A DNA stretch of 64,000 nt, from NCBI RefSeq assembly GCF_009914755.1, contig NC_060933.1; one strand, written 5' to 3'. The notes under the pieces were generated by a model. It was given only the letters and a program-made list of their open reading frames with translations. It did not search any database and was not told where the DNA came from. This DNA is from the human T2T-CHM13v2.0 reference genome, Homo sapiens. Below, piece by piece: positions 27,147-41,358 of the stretch (within the stretch, counting starts at the first letter, position 1; each line of letters starts with the position of its first letter). The position numbers were made by a program, and so were the translations under genes.

Positions 27147-27737
27147 GGTTTGAAATGCTTGTTCTTTGGTGCCATAAAGAAATAGCACTTGAACATAAAT
27201 TTAATTTATTTAGTAAGGCCACTTTTACTTCCTGCAGAAAGGGTACACTCGCCAGCAGTTTTGCCATGAGAGTACACTGAACAAAGGAGACAGGGTCATT
27301 TATAACCTGACGTGTCCACCCTACTGTTGTGTCCAGTTTCCATTGGCTGGAACAAGAGCTCGCATTCTGTATTTGTCCTGATTGGCTAGCAACTTAGAAC
27401 TTTTTAAAAGAGGCAAAGGTAGAGGGGAACAAAGGAAGGAGGAAGTAACTAGTGGAAGGCTGAGAAAGGTAAAAACACTTTTAAATAAGGAAGAGGAACA
27501 GGCTATGACCTAATGCTTGCTTGGACCAGTATAAGCATGCCAGGGCAAATATTTAGGCTAAATTGTGGGAGCTAGGAACATAAATTGTATATTGATTTTT
27601 TTATTATGGCTAGCAGATATTTAAGAATGTTAGCACAGGTCTTTGAATAAATTTTGCTTCTAAGAGAAGTTACTATTTATTCCTAATTAGACGGGGAGGA
27701 AAGTCTTTGAAGAGGAACCTCTACTTTACTTTTTACA
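27147..27737 (-). mobile_element. LTR10 (LTR10E-like, HERV-I family) solo LTR
   Basis: Minus strand begins TGTAAAAAGTAAAGTAGAGGTTCCTCTTCAAAGAC; ttgg on both flanks. Confidence 0.78.
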
Positions 27738-28213
27738 GTTGGCCATAGAGACTCTTTTCAAGTTGACTTTGCTGGAGCTTCACCTAATAATGTTATTCTA
27801 GTCAAAGCCTTGGTATAATAACCAGCACCTGCAATTGTGTCCTGTTTCAAAAGAAAGGGCTCTTATTAAACATGCCTTTACATATCACATATTTATCAGT
27901 TTACTGTTGATTGCCTATCTGCCTGCTAAACTGTTTGCTTCTGCAAAATAGAGACCTTGCCTGTCCTGCACCCCCAGAGCTTAGGCCTGCATAATGCTCA
28001 GTAGACATTGCATATATAATAGATGTTGGAAGAAGATGCAGTTGGCAGAGAGATGTAAGGACAATTTCTCATTGGTTTGTCAACATAAAGTATGTATGTT
28101 TTATATTGGAAAGCTGAGATCTTGAAAAAACTGTATACAAAAATTTTTGCAGGTATGTCTCTGTTTCTCCATATTGAGCTTCCACTTTTGATGATTGTAG
28201 AAATGTGCTGTAG

Positions 28214-28564
<351 letters not shown>

Positions 28565-28648
28565 TAAATATGTGAATTTTGTATTAAAGTTCAGCTGCTC
28601 TTCACCTAAGAAATATTCATCAAGTAAGAAGTATCTGGCTTGGGTAAT

Positions 28649-29320
28649 TGTTAACTAAAGAATCATGAGATTCATAAATTTGGAGAGGAGAGTGTTATTT
28701 CTTATAAAGGCTTGCATCCAGCAGGCTGCCCACTGTGCAGGCTGGGAAGCATAGCTTCTGGTAGAAACCAAAAGCAGGCACTTTGAAAGAGGGAAAGGTG
28801 AGACAGAAATTTGGGCTGAATGGGCTAGCTAAGTATACATATTCAATAGTTATAGGAAGGGCTGAGAATAATTATGAAGGGGGTGCACACATTCATAGCA
28901 AGCAAACATCCATGTTACATTCATCTCATATTCATTTGGGGTGAAGACTTACATTTAATTGCATTATAATTTCACTCTGTATGTCACAAAGTGAAAGCAA
29001 GGACACAGGGGCATGTTGTCTGCAGCCTGTGAATACCTGCCAGAGCCAGTCTACGGCCAGTGGTCTTTTATCAGGAAGGAATGCCAGTCAGTTGTTGTGT
29101 AAATCAGAGGTGAAGCGAGTCTTTCAAAAGAGCTGGTTTCTGTCTGTTAGAGAAGGAAGATTGATGGCAGTAAGGGAGGTGGCATAACAAGGCGTGTCCC
29201 ACCTCCTGTGTGCCTGGCATGGCTGGCAACTCAGTTTTTAAGGCTTCTCTGAGGCTCCTTGGACAAAGAGGGAGTCCATTCAGTTAGTTAGGGGACTTAG
29301 AATTTTATTTTTATTTCTCA
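28649..29320 (-). mobile_element. MER39-like ERV1 solo LTR
   Basis: Minus strand begins TGAGAAATAAAAATAAAATTCTAAGTCCCC and ends TTAACA. Confidence 0.65.
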
Positions 29321-29788
29321 GAATTTATCTAGGAAAGTTAGATGGTAGATCGTAAAGGTGCAGAATGTCATGTTAATTTGGCTTGCTATCGAGATGTATC
29401 AGAGTACAACAATAACAGTGTTATCAGCTGTATACTAAAAACATCCTTGGTCAGCAATATCTCAGACATTTTCCAAGGACAAAAGTATTAAATTTCATAA
29501 AGAAATAGCACGCTTTCAAATAACACTCCCAGGGCTTGACACGTGTATAAGAAAATCTAATTCCCAGGCACATTTCCCAGTAAGGCCATGAAAATAGCCG
29601 CGGAATGTGAAATATACACGTGACTGCCATCCTAATTTGGATGTTTCTTTAACACCCACAAGAAGGATGATAACTTCTCTCCCCCTAGCTCCTATTACGC
29701 CACTCCAATATGCACCCTGGACCTCAAAGATCATTTCTCTTTCCTGCATCCAGATAAAAGGTCACGATTCCTGGTGCCTGGTGTGCTC

Positions 29789-29875
29789 TGGACCACAGTG
29801 TATTTCCCAAGGTAGTCACGACCCCTTTAATGGACCACAGTGTATTTCCCAAGGTAGTCACGACCCCTTTAATGG
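29789..29875. repeat. Perfect 42-bp tandem duplication
   Basis: tggaccacagtgtatttcccaaggtagtcacgacccctttaa x2 + tgg. Confidence 0.97.
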
Positions 29876-29879
29876 CAGA

Positions 29880-30339
29880 CTCTGCCTGCAGACTGCTGGT
29901 GCTGAGAGGGTGCTGGTGCTTGTGCACATAGCAAGAAGTGAAATAGAAATGACTGAGTTTGTTTTGTGCAGCATCACCACTGTTCTCGTAAAGAATGAAC
30001 TATATAAGCACATAAGAACTACAAAGTGCAAATTGTGTAATTTTGGTGATTCCGCATACGAGTCCAATGTTTTTATGTTTACATTTAAAACTGGCATAAC
30101 AAATTCTATGTAAAGATAAATGGTAAAGTCCGTATTAATAATTTATAATTTCTATTTTTATTTAGTTAGAATGACATTCAATAGCAAATTTAAAAAAACA
30201 CTGACATCTTGAAAGAGACAACAGAAGAGAAAAAAGGTTTTATATTTTAATACCTTTAATGGCCATTTTATTTTGCTTTTTGAACCAGGATCCATTTTTT
30301 ATTTTGTACTGGGCCCCACAGATTATGAAGTTGGCCCTA
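29880..30339 (+). mobile_element. hAT-Tip100 DNA transposon fossil (MER45/MER53-like)
   Basis: Terminal ttttgtactgggccccacagattatgaagttggccct. Confidence 0.55.
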
Positions 30340-30369
30340 GGCACAACCTCACACCACTACCTGTTCTGG

Positions 30370-30792
30370 TTAGCTATTACTAGGTAAGCTATGTAACATA
30401 TTACCCCAAAACCTGGTGCCTTGAAACAACAATCATTCTTAAATATCTCACGATTTTGTGACTCAGAAGCTCAGGCAGAGCTCAGCTAGGTGATTCTTCT
30501 GCTTCACATGGCATTAACTAGGCACTCAGCTGGCTTTCAGGCTGTTAACACAGCCTTGGCAAAGATTGGGGAAGACTGGGCTCAGCTTTGCACCTCCAAC
30601 TCTGCCCCACCCTTTGGCCTCTCCAGCAATCTTTGGAGTTCTTACATGGCAGTTCAGGGTTCCAAGAGACCAAGACCTAAGCTGTCCATCCTCTAAAAGG
30701 CTAGGCTTAAAATAAAAATGCCGTCACTTCTGCCACACTCTCTTGGTCAAAGCAGTAATAGGGCAGCCCAGATGCAAGAGGGAGAGTCTATT
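30370..30792 (-). mobile_element. MLT1 (MaLR) LTR
   Basis: gtaacatattaccccaaaacctggtgccttgaaacaac; cacttctgccacactctcttggtcaaagca. Confidence 0.7.
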
Positions 30793-31750
30793 ACACATCA
30801 GGAAACCAAGGCCCAGAGAGGCTCAGTAACTTGCACAAAGTCACACAGCTAGTAGGTTATAAACTTGGGAGTTGAACCAAATCTGGCTCCACGGTCAGTG
30901 CTGTAGGCCACTTTGCCATGCTGGTAATAGTAGTCTCCAAACACCTAAACTGTGTGACAATAAAGGACAAAGTCTTAACTTCAGAAAGCAGCTTTAACCC
31001 ACACACACAAAGAGAGAGAGAGAGATGTCTTAGGAAGTAAAACGTGTGAAAGAACTTTATAAATATTGGAGTTCTCCAAAACTGTAACTTAGAGATTCTA
31101 AAACCTCTTCTATCCTAGAGACAGGCCCCCGGAGCAAAATTGCTGGATGTACCTCTGCCCCCAGGGATGGAGCAAACCAGTCCCAGAGCAAAGCTGACAT
31201 CTGGAGGGGACTTGTGCACCAGTGATGATGCACACACTGAGATGCTGAGTGCTATCCATCCCACTCTCAAAATAGAAGCGTGAATCCCCCAACATGGTGC
31301 CAATCAATGATTGGTGGGTTTGAGTTATTCTCAAAACTGAATCAGAGAATCTGTTGTCTATGAATCCATACACATACGTATTTTCTATGTGTACTGATAA
31401 TAAAAGTTAAAATCTCATCTTGTGAGGGGAGAAGCTTTTGCCCTCAGAGTTTCTCAAATCCTGAAAAAAAAAATTATAATGAAGCAAAATTACAAAGCTG
31501 TAGTAATTAAAGCAGCAACATCCTATTGGATATTAGATAGATCAATGAAAAGCAAAAGAAACACCAGAACTAAACCCAGGTGTTTAAGCAATCTGGCATT
31601 TGATAAAGCTTAAGTACCAATCAGTGAGGAGAAGATGGATTGTTGGATAAACTGACTAACCACTAGGGAAAAAGAAATAGAATCTCTATCTTGCTCCTTA
31701 TGACCAAACAAAATCCCAAATGGATTACAAATAATTAAATGTGAAAAGGT

Positions 31751-32088
<338 letters not shown>

Positions 32089-33685
32089 TCATAGTTGATT
32101 TTTTTTCCATATAAAACGTTTAAATCATATTGTTGGCACAAATAAATGAATAAATAAGAGAAAACTAAAGAATGAACTCGAGAAAATGTTAATAACATAA
32201 TTGATGAACATATAATCCATTAAAACTTTGTAAATCAATAAAGATTAGTATCTCATAAAAAATATTGAGAAATTTGATGAATAAGGATTTTACAAAAGAA
32301 ATAAATATGAACAGTCAACAAACATATAAAATAGTTTTCAACTTCTATAGTTAAAATGATACAAATTAGAAACAAAAATGAGATCTCTTTTACCTCTAGG
32401 ATGAGAGGTAAAACAAAAATGAGATCTCTTTTACCCCAGAATGAAAACATTAATAATGCCTAGAACTAATGGCTCTAGGTAGCAGAAATGCCTGCCCTCA
32501 CAGCCTGACACCAGGAGCTTGCCTGTTCCTATAGAAACTGTGTATGATGAAGGGACAGGCACCCCTTCCTTGAGGCAGATGCAGCTCCCTGCTGGTCAAA
32601 CAGAGGGTGGTCTAGGTTTCAGCCCCACCAGACTCAGAGAGCACCCCTGTGCTGAGCACAGCCTGTACCAGGTGGAAGTATAAACCAGAATTGAATCTTT
32701 CCTAAGTGCAATTTAGCAACAAATGTCACAAATAAAACAGCATCTCCTCTGACTCTCAACATTTCTCCTAGGAATTTATCTCTTAGAGAGATTTATCAAG
32801 GATCAAAGATGTATAAACAGGAGTGTTCCCTGTATAGTAGGTCATAATAACAAAACCCTGGAAACAACTGTGTATCAGTCAGGGGTTGGTTAATAACCTC
32901 ATGGTTCATGCATTCAAGAGAATGATATATAGTCAATAAGAAGACAGTATGGAAGTATTTCCACAACATGCTATCTAATCCAATAGTCAGCTTACTAAAT
33001 CACATATGTAACAACATTTACACTTACATTTCTGTATGTAGAGACAGATACTAAAATATTAACAAAAGTTGGAGCATATTTGCCTCTAAGATTGGGATTT
33101 GGGGTGTCTTATATTTTACCCCCTTTATTAATTTTTCTATTATATATTATTTTTGAAACATCAGAGGGTTCTTTATCAAGTCTGTTCTACTTACAAATTC
33201 TGCACTCATTTATCCCTACCTGGCCTCAAAGCCCCCAGAGTTTCCTTGAGATCTATTTTGTCTTTGACACAAATCACAGAGCACCCCGTTTGGAGAGGAG
33301 TGAGCTGCATCTTGAGGACTCACAGACCCAGAGGTGAAAGTGTAGCCAAGAGTTCAAAACTGTGGACAATTATGGTCAATCAATCATCTCTTCCATATCT
33401 ACTTGGCAATCAAGTTTTACAGCTACCTAGGTTAATAATAACAAAATATACATAACTTAATAATCTTGTCATTTTGAATTTAGTTTCACGGTAGCAACCT
33501 CGACCCTAGATCAAACTTGGAAATTGAAATCAATCAACTCTTTCAAACATTTTTCAATAAAACAGATGTGTATGGACAAGCAGGAAATGCCTATTCATAC
33601 TGAAACATATTTGAGTCAGAAAATATAATCTCTGTTCCTTGTTTCTAGGCAGTTTTTTCCGAGTACACTTAAAATAGATGATGAT

Positions 33686-34079
33686 TCCCAGTGTAGTAAT
33701 ATGTAACAGAATTTAACATCCATTCATTTAATATTTTATATTAGAAGACTCTCCAAAATAATGTTATAATTTTTCTCATTTTTCTTTTATATTTAGCTAA
33801 ATTTGCCCTGTGGGTCACTCATCATACCGTGTATGAACTTCAATAAGCAAATCCATTTGAGTACCGTCAAACTGAAAGAAAATCCCAGTGTAGTAATATG
33901 TAACAGAATTTAACATCCATTCATTTAATATTTTATATTAGAAGACTCTCCAAAATAATGTTATAATTTTTCTCATTTTTCTTTTATATTTAGCTAAATT
34001 TCCCCTGTGGGTCACTCATCATACCATGTATGAATTTCAATAAGCAAATCCATTTGAGTACTGTCAAACTGAAAGAAAA
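33686..34079. repeat. 197-bp tandem duplication, 4 differences
   Basis: Copies at 33686-33882 and 33883-34079. Confidence 0.96.
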
Positions 34080-35757
34080 AGACTAGTTATTTGTCACACA
34101 GTGTCGGTTGTGTAAGATTAATTTTCTGCTGTCTGGGATAGGCATCTGTAATCTTCAGCATATGCTCCAAGGAGGGCACAAAGATTATTTGTCTGGGTCA
34201 GGAATGAGGAGGTTGCTACTAATACTTCAGCCCCAAGAAAATCTGACAGTAGGAGGCCTATGTCCTGGCCCATGTTCCTCAGGTCCTTGGAATCTGGTTG
34301 GCCAAGGTGTTCCACCTGGTATTTTCCATGCCCTGTCCTGCCTGCCCAGAGAGGCACACACTGCTTTCCCCACCCCAACCCCATCAATAAAAACCCTTTA
34401 ACTTCAGTGCCTCAGGAAAAAAGAAGAGAAACAGTTCTTGAATGAAAGAGTGGATAGTTTCGTCGAAACTCTCTCCAATGAAACAATTCTTTGAGTGGCA
34501 AAAATTATAAAAAATAAAACACGTAAAAATCTCTGGGAATTGTCCTAAAGACACACAGCAAGTAGAAAACTATTTATTTGAGAAAAATGATAAAATATCA
34601 GTAAGAACACAAGAGCCCGCATCATCTGAGCCATGACCTGCTCTCATCTCCTCCCCGGTGTTCAGCATAACACAAGCTCTACTCTGGGTGGAGGCTGCCA
34701 AGAAGATGGGTGTGCTCTCCCCCAGCTCCAGTCTACAGCTCCAGTTTTACCCCAGCAGGGGCAGGCCATGGGCCTCTCCCATCCCCTCACCCCCATCTTC
34801 TGGTTGCAGAAACTGCATCCCAGGACACCCATCTCCCGGTTGCAGAAGCTCCATCCCAGGAAACTGCATCAAGAGAACTGGGGCTCCCTTCCCCCACCAA
34901 GCCCCCACTCGTAGAGTGGATGCTTTACCCCAGGGACTCTAATTGCCACTTCCCTAGCACCCTTATAAGGCAGAAGTTCCACTCATAGAAGGCTACTGAC
35001 CCCACCCAGTGCCCTGCTAGTAGAGTCAGGGTATCAGCCCAGGAGAACCAGGCCACTGTCTCCACTCCCAGCTCCGGTGCAAGAGAGCAGAGTTTCTTCC
35101 CAGTGGAAAGGCAGGTTGTAAGAGCAGAGAGCTCCCTAGCTCACCCTAAGGGGGCCGACTTTATTTGAAATAGAGGACAAAGTCCCAGCTAAGTATTCTC
35201 AAAAACAAGAAGGTCCTTAACAATTAAAAGGAGCAACAAGTAAAACATAGATGCCAGGAGCAACAATGATGCCAGGAGCAACAAGAGAAACATAGACCAG
35301 CTGGAACACTAACAGAGGAAAAGAGGCAGTTCGGAGGTCTCCCGATGTGGGAGCAAGCCTCAAAGACTGGTAACAGCTGTCCTGCAAACAGCACTGACTT
35401 TAATGGGATTTGACTGGAGGAATTTATACCTTAGGGCATTGTTGAGAACAACAGAGAAATCAGCAGGCCACTAGAACAGGCTAAGATCTGTTGTGACACC
35501 AATAACAAACCGGACATAAGCTCAACAAGGAGATTAGAGACAGAGAGAGCCAAAGCGATCCCCACTCAGACCACAGTCATCCTGATGGTCAGAGAGACAG
35601 TTTCCACACCCAAGATGGCACTCATGGAAGAGCAACATCATAGGCTGCACATTGTCAGGGAAATAGATTTCACTGGAGTCCAGCCAAGACCCTAAACACA
35701 TGCTAAAGCAAGCAACAACAAACCCTCAGAGGGCAATCAGTAACAGACGTGCTATAA

Positions 35758-36834
<1,077 letters not shown>

Positions 36835-37145
36835 AATATGTTCCAAGAAGTAACGAAAACCATGCTTTAAAAAATAAGCTAAAGAAGATCCACAAAAGGA
36901 CCACATTCATTGATAAGAATATTTAATATTTATTCTCAAATTGATGTAGAGATTCAACACAAGCCCTATCAAAATCTCAGCTTTTGTTTTCACATAAATG
37001 GACAAGCTGATCCTAAAATTCATATGAAAATGCAAAGGAACCATAATAGCCAACACAATATTGAAAAGGAACAAAGTTGTAGGACTCAAACTTCTTAATT
37101 TCAAAGCTTACTACAAAGTTGCAGTACTAAAAACTCTTTAGTACT

Positions 37146-37854
37146 TGTAAATGCCTGATGGGTTCTTCCTGCTTACTGCACAGGCAAAACCAATTTATTG
37201 AGACCACACCATCACAATAAAAGAGTTTAATTGACACAAGGCCGGCCACACCACATGAGAGATGAAGTTACTACTCAAATCAATCTCGGAAAATTTGGAG
37301 GCTAGGATTTTTCAAAGATAGTATGGCAGGCTAAGGAGTCTGTTTCTGGGTGGGAGCACATGACTGGTCCGTAGGGTTGGTGGGGTCAGGGAGGTCAGTG
37401 GGGTCAGCAGGGCCAGCAGGGTCAGCAGGGTTGGTGGATCCAGGTGAAGCCATTGGTTGTCAGAAATTCAAAAACCTAAAAGGTATCTCAAAAAGCGAAT
37501 CTTAGTTTCTGCAATGGTGATGTTATCTGCAGGAGTAATTGGGAAACTTGCAAAACTTGTGACCTCTAAATAATAGCTGGTAATCATTTATGTCTACACC
37601 TTAGCAGAATTCAGGCTCCTCACACCCTCCTAACCTGGTGGCCTTTCACAAGCTTTACAAAGGTGGTTTAATTTGGGGAAAGGACTATTGTCATTTAAAC
37701 TATAAACTAAATGTCTCCCCAGGATAACTTAGCTCAGACCCAAGAATGGTTAAGGGCAGTTTGGAGGCTAATGGCAAGATGAAATTTGGTTAGATCAGAT
37801 ACTTTCCACTGTCATAATTTTCCCACTGTTATAATTTTTGAAAAGGTGGTTTTA
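37146..37854 (-). mobile_element. LTR8-family solo LTR (8A/8B-like)
   Basis: tgggttcttcctgcttactgcacaggcaaaaccaat; gatgttatctgcaggagtaattggg; minus strand starts TAAAACCACCTTTTCAAAAATTATAAC. Confidence 0.7.
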
Positions 37855-38597
37855 AGTTAGAATGGCAATCATTAAAAAGTCAGGAAACAACAGGTGTGGA
37901 GAGGATGTGGAGAAATAGGAACACTTTTACACTGTTGGTGGGACTGTAAACTAGTTCAACCATTGTGGAAGTCAGTGTGGCGATTCCTCAGGGATCTAGA
38001 ACTAGAAATACCATTTGACCCAGCCATCCCATTACTGGGTATATAACCAAAGGACTATAAATCATGCTGCTATAAAGACACATGTACACGTATGTTTATT
38101 GCGGCACTATTCACAATAGCAAATACTTGGAACCAACCCAAATGTCCAACAATGATAGACTGGATTAAGAAAATGTGGCACATATACACCATGGAATACT
38201 ATGCAACCATAAAAAATGATGAGTTCATGTCCTTTGTAAGGACATGGATGAAATTGGAAATCATCATTCTCAGTAAACTATTGCAAGAACAAAAAACCAA
38301 ACACCGCATATTCTCACTCATAGGTGGGAATTGAGCAATGAGAACACATGGACACAGGAAGGGGAACATCACACTCTGGGGACTGTTGTGGGGTGCGGGG
38401 AGGGGGGAGGGATAGCTTTAGGAGATATACCTAATGCTAAATGACGAGTTAATGGGTGCAGCACACCAGCATGGCACATGTATACATATGTAACTAACCT
38501 GCACATTGTGCACATGTACCCTAAAACTTAAAGTATAATAAAATAAAATAAAATAAAATAAAATAAAATAAAATAAAATAAAATAAAATAAAATAAA
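37855..38597 (+). mobile_element. Young 5'-truncated L1PA (L1PA3-like) with (TAAAA)n tail and 15-bp TSD
   Basis: ORF2 C-terminus MFIAALFTIA...FSLIGGN*; 3' UTR gctaaatgacgagttaat; TSD gaaaaggt(g/a)gtttta at 37840-37854 and 38598-38612. Confidence 0.93.
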
Positions 38598-38614
38598 GAA
38601 AAGGTAGTTTTATA

Positions 38615-40135
38615 AAGATAAATATACAGATCAATGAAATAGAATTGGAAGTCTGGAAATAAACCTTTACATTGATTTTCAAAAAGTGTGTCAACTCAAT
38701 TAGGACAGAATAATTGTTTTAACAACTACTGTTGAACTGGTACAACTGGAAATCTGCATGCAAAAAAAATGAAATTGGATCTTTGCCTCATATTGTACAT
38801 GAAAATTAACTCAAAATGGATGTTGGGCATAAATGTAAGAGTTAAAACTATAAAATTCCTAGAGGAAATCATAGGAGTAAATCTTCATGACCTTAGATAG
38901 TAGTTTCTTAGCTACATCACCAAAAGCATAAACAACAAAAGAAAAAAGTCGATAAATTGAACTTCATCAAAATTAAAAACTTTTATTCTGCAAATGATAC
39001 CATCACAAAAGTGAAAAGACAACTCTCAGAACAGGAGAAAATATTGGGAAATTCTATATCTAATAAGAGACTTGTATTCAAAATATGTAAAGAACTCTTA
39101 CAACTTAATGATACAAAGATAAGTGACTCAATTGAAAACTGGGCAAATGATCTGAATAGACACTTCTCCAAAAATATGCAAATGACAAAGAAGCACATGA
39201 AAAGATTCTCAGCATTGTTAGTCATAAATGAAATGAAAATGAAATCATCAGATACCACTTCACGCCCACTAGGATGGCTATAATCAAAACGACAGACAAT
39301 AACAAGAGTTGACAAAGATGTGGAAAAATTGGAACCCTCCTGTTTTGCTGGTGGAAACCTGAAAATGGTGAAGCCACTTTTGAAAACAGTTATCAGTTCC
39401 TCAAAATGACAAACATAGATTTACTATATCACTCAGCAATTCCACTCCTAGTTATATATTCAAGAAAAAAGGAAAATATACACCCACACAAAAACTTGTA
39501 TAGGAATGGTTGATGCAAAATTATTTATAGTAGCCAAAGAGCAGAAACCGATGAGTGGATAAATAAAATGTGGCCTATCCATACAATGGAATATTATTTG
39601 GTACTAAAAATGTAAAACACTGATGTATGCTATAACATGAATGAAAACATTATGCTAAGTAAATAAGCCAGTCACAAAGAGCACATATTACATCATGCAA
39701 TTTATATGAAATGTCCAGAATAGGCATGTCTACAGAGACAAAAAGTAGATGGGAGGTTTTCCTAGGGCCTTGGATGGGGAGGAGGGAAAGGATTGTGTGG
39801 GATGGGAAGCATGAGAAGTGATATGGGTATGGGGTTTTGTTTTGTGGTTTAAAAAAGTTCTTCCAGGTGCAGTGGCTCACATCTGTAATCCTAGCACTTA
39901 AGGATGCAGTGGCAGGAGTATAGTGTGAGCCCAGGAGTTTGAGACCTGCCTGGGCAATATAAAGAGACCCCATTCTTCACAAAAAAGAAAAAAAGTGCTT
40001 AAAAAAGTTCTAATATTGATAGTGATGATGGTTGTACAACTTTGTGAATACACTTAAAACAATTCAATTGTATACTTTCAACAAGTAAACTGGATGTTAT
40101 GTGAATTATATCTTTTGAAAACTTAAAAATGGAAC
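38615..40135 (+). mobile_element. L1MB-type 3' region with Alu monomer at ~39862-39995
   Basis: Typical ORF2 end and 3' UTR motifs; continues the L1 at 36900-37140. Confidence 0.85.
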
Positions 40136-41159
40136 TGCACTTTGAAAAATATAAAAAAGAAAAAGAATGAAAAGATCTTGGTATGAGAAAAACCATCTAA
40201 TTTTCACTACAGTGAAAAATAACAGCTGAACTACCTTCTAATTATATAATTATATTTTAAAAGAGTACTCTGTTAAGCAAATGATTAGCTACCCATTGAA
40301 ATAGATGAAAGGGAGGAGTTATTTTTGAGCATAAGTTTTTTCCATCCTTTTGAATCTCCAGTGGCTTGGGTCATGTCTGGCAAGTAAAGGACCCTAATTC
40401 AATTATTGAATTGTTTGCTCCCTGGAATTTCACAAAAAAATAAGGAATCAGGTACACAGAGGAAACTTGACTTGCTCAGAGCTGCACACCTACAAAAAGT
40501 AGCAGAGCTGAGACTACTATGGCCCGTGCTTCCTGACCCGTGGCCAGTGCACCTACCGCTGGGTTTAAACACATGTGATCACACTTCAGACACTATCTTT
40601 GGTCTTTAAGTAACTTTTCTGTTTTGTTTGTTCAAAAGATTACTAACAAAAGAAAAATGAGGAAGTTTACCATTTGTAGGTGAAAAGTCACTTTTATATC
40701 TGGTTGAATTGGTTAGGGAATACCAGCAGAAGGAAGTTGTTCCTCTGGCTACATCCTGTGTCATTTCGGCAACTGGATGAATGTGATCAGAAGGTGAAAA
40801 TCACTGAGAGAAGCCACTCACCTCCATCATGCTGGTCTATCAAAATTAACTTCCCTTCATAGGACACAATAGGGTTGTTACTTTTTTTTTAAAGGTATAC
40901 CTACATATGAAAATAATTAATTTTATCTAAATTTAATGTAATATGCATAAAAATACACCTGATGCTGTCCTAACTATGCAATATTCTCCTTTGTGTGTCA
41001 ATAAAAGTGTATTATTTCAATACATGGAGTTGGTTATTATTTTACTTGCAACCTAAAGCACCTTAACAGATATATCATGTGTAACTTGTGTATTTTTTTA
41101 ATTTAGAAGAGACAAAAATGAGGACCTTACATTCTAAATATTAAAATGTGCAATCACAT

Positions 41160-41358
41160 GAGTCCAGGAGTTTGAGACCAGCCTGGCAACGTAGTAAAAC
41201 CCCATCTCTACTAAAAATACAAAAAGTCCCAGCTACTCAGGAGGCTGAGGTGGGGGAATCACTTGAGCTGGGGAAGCCAAGGCTGCAGTGAGCTGTGATT
41301 GCGCCACTGCACTCCAGTCTGAGTGACAGAGTAAGACCCTGTCACAAAAAAAAAAAAG
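41160..41358 (+). mobile_element. Truncated AluJ with internal deletion
   Basis: caggagtttgagaccagcc...gctgcagtgagctgtgattgcgcc. Confidence 0.85.

Larger units (their letters stand above)
24947..27875 (-). mobile_element. MER4 3' LTR (24947-25543) plus MER4-int remnant, with nested Alu and LTR10
   Basis: caaaaagagtcaaactctgtaaaatattt LTR motif; polypurine tract adjacent; internal part shares motifs with 11700-12000. Confidence 0.78.

Noticed and set aside
29607-30113. 168-aa ORF with an internal peptide repeat
   Set aside because: The repeat comes from the 42-bp duplication; the ORF runs into a DNA transposon fossil; it starts at a non-ATG codon
38092-38334. L1 ORF2 as an active gene
   Set aside because: Only the C-terminal ~150 codons of a 5'-truncated element are present
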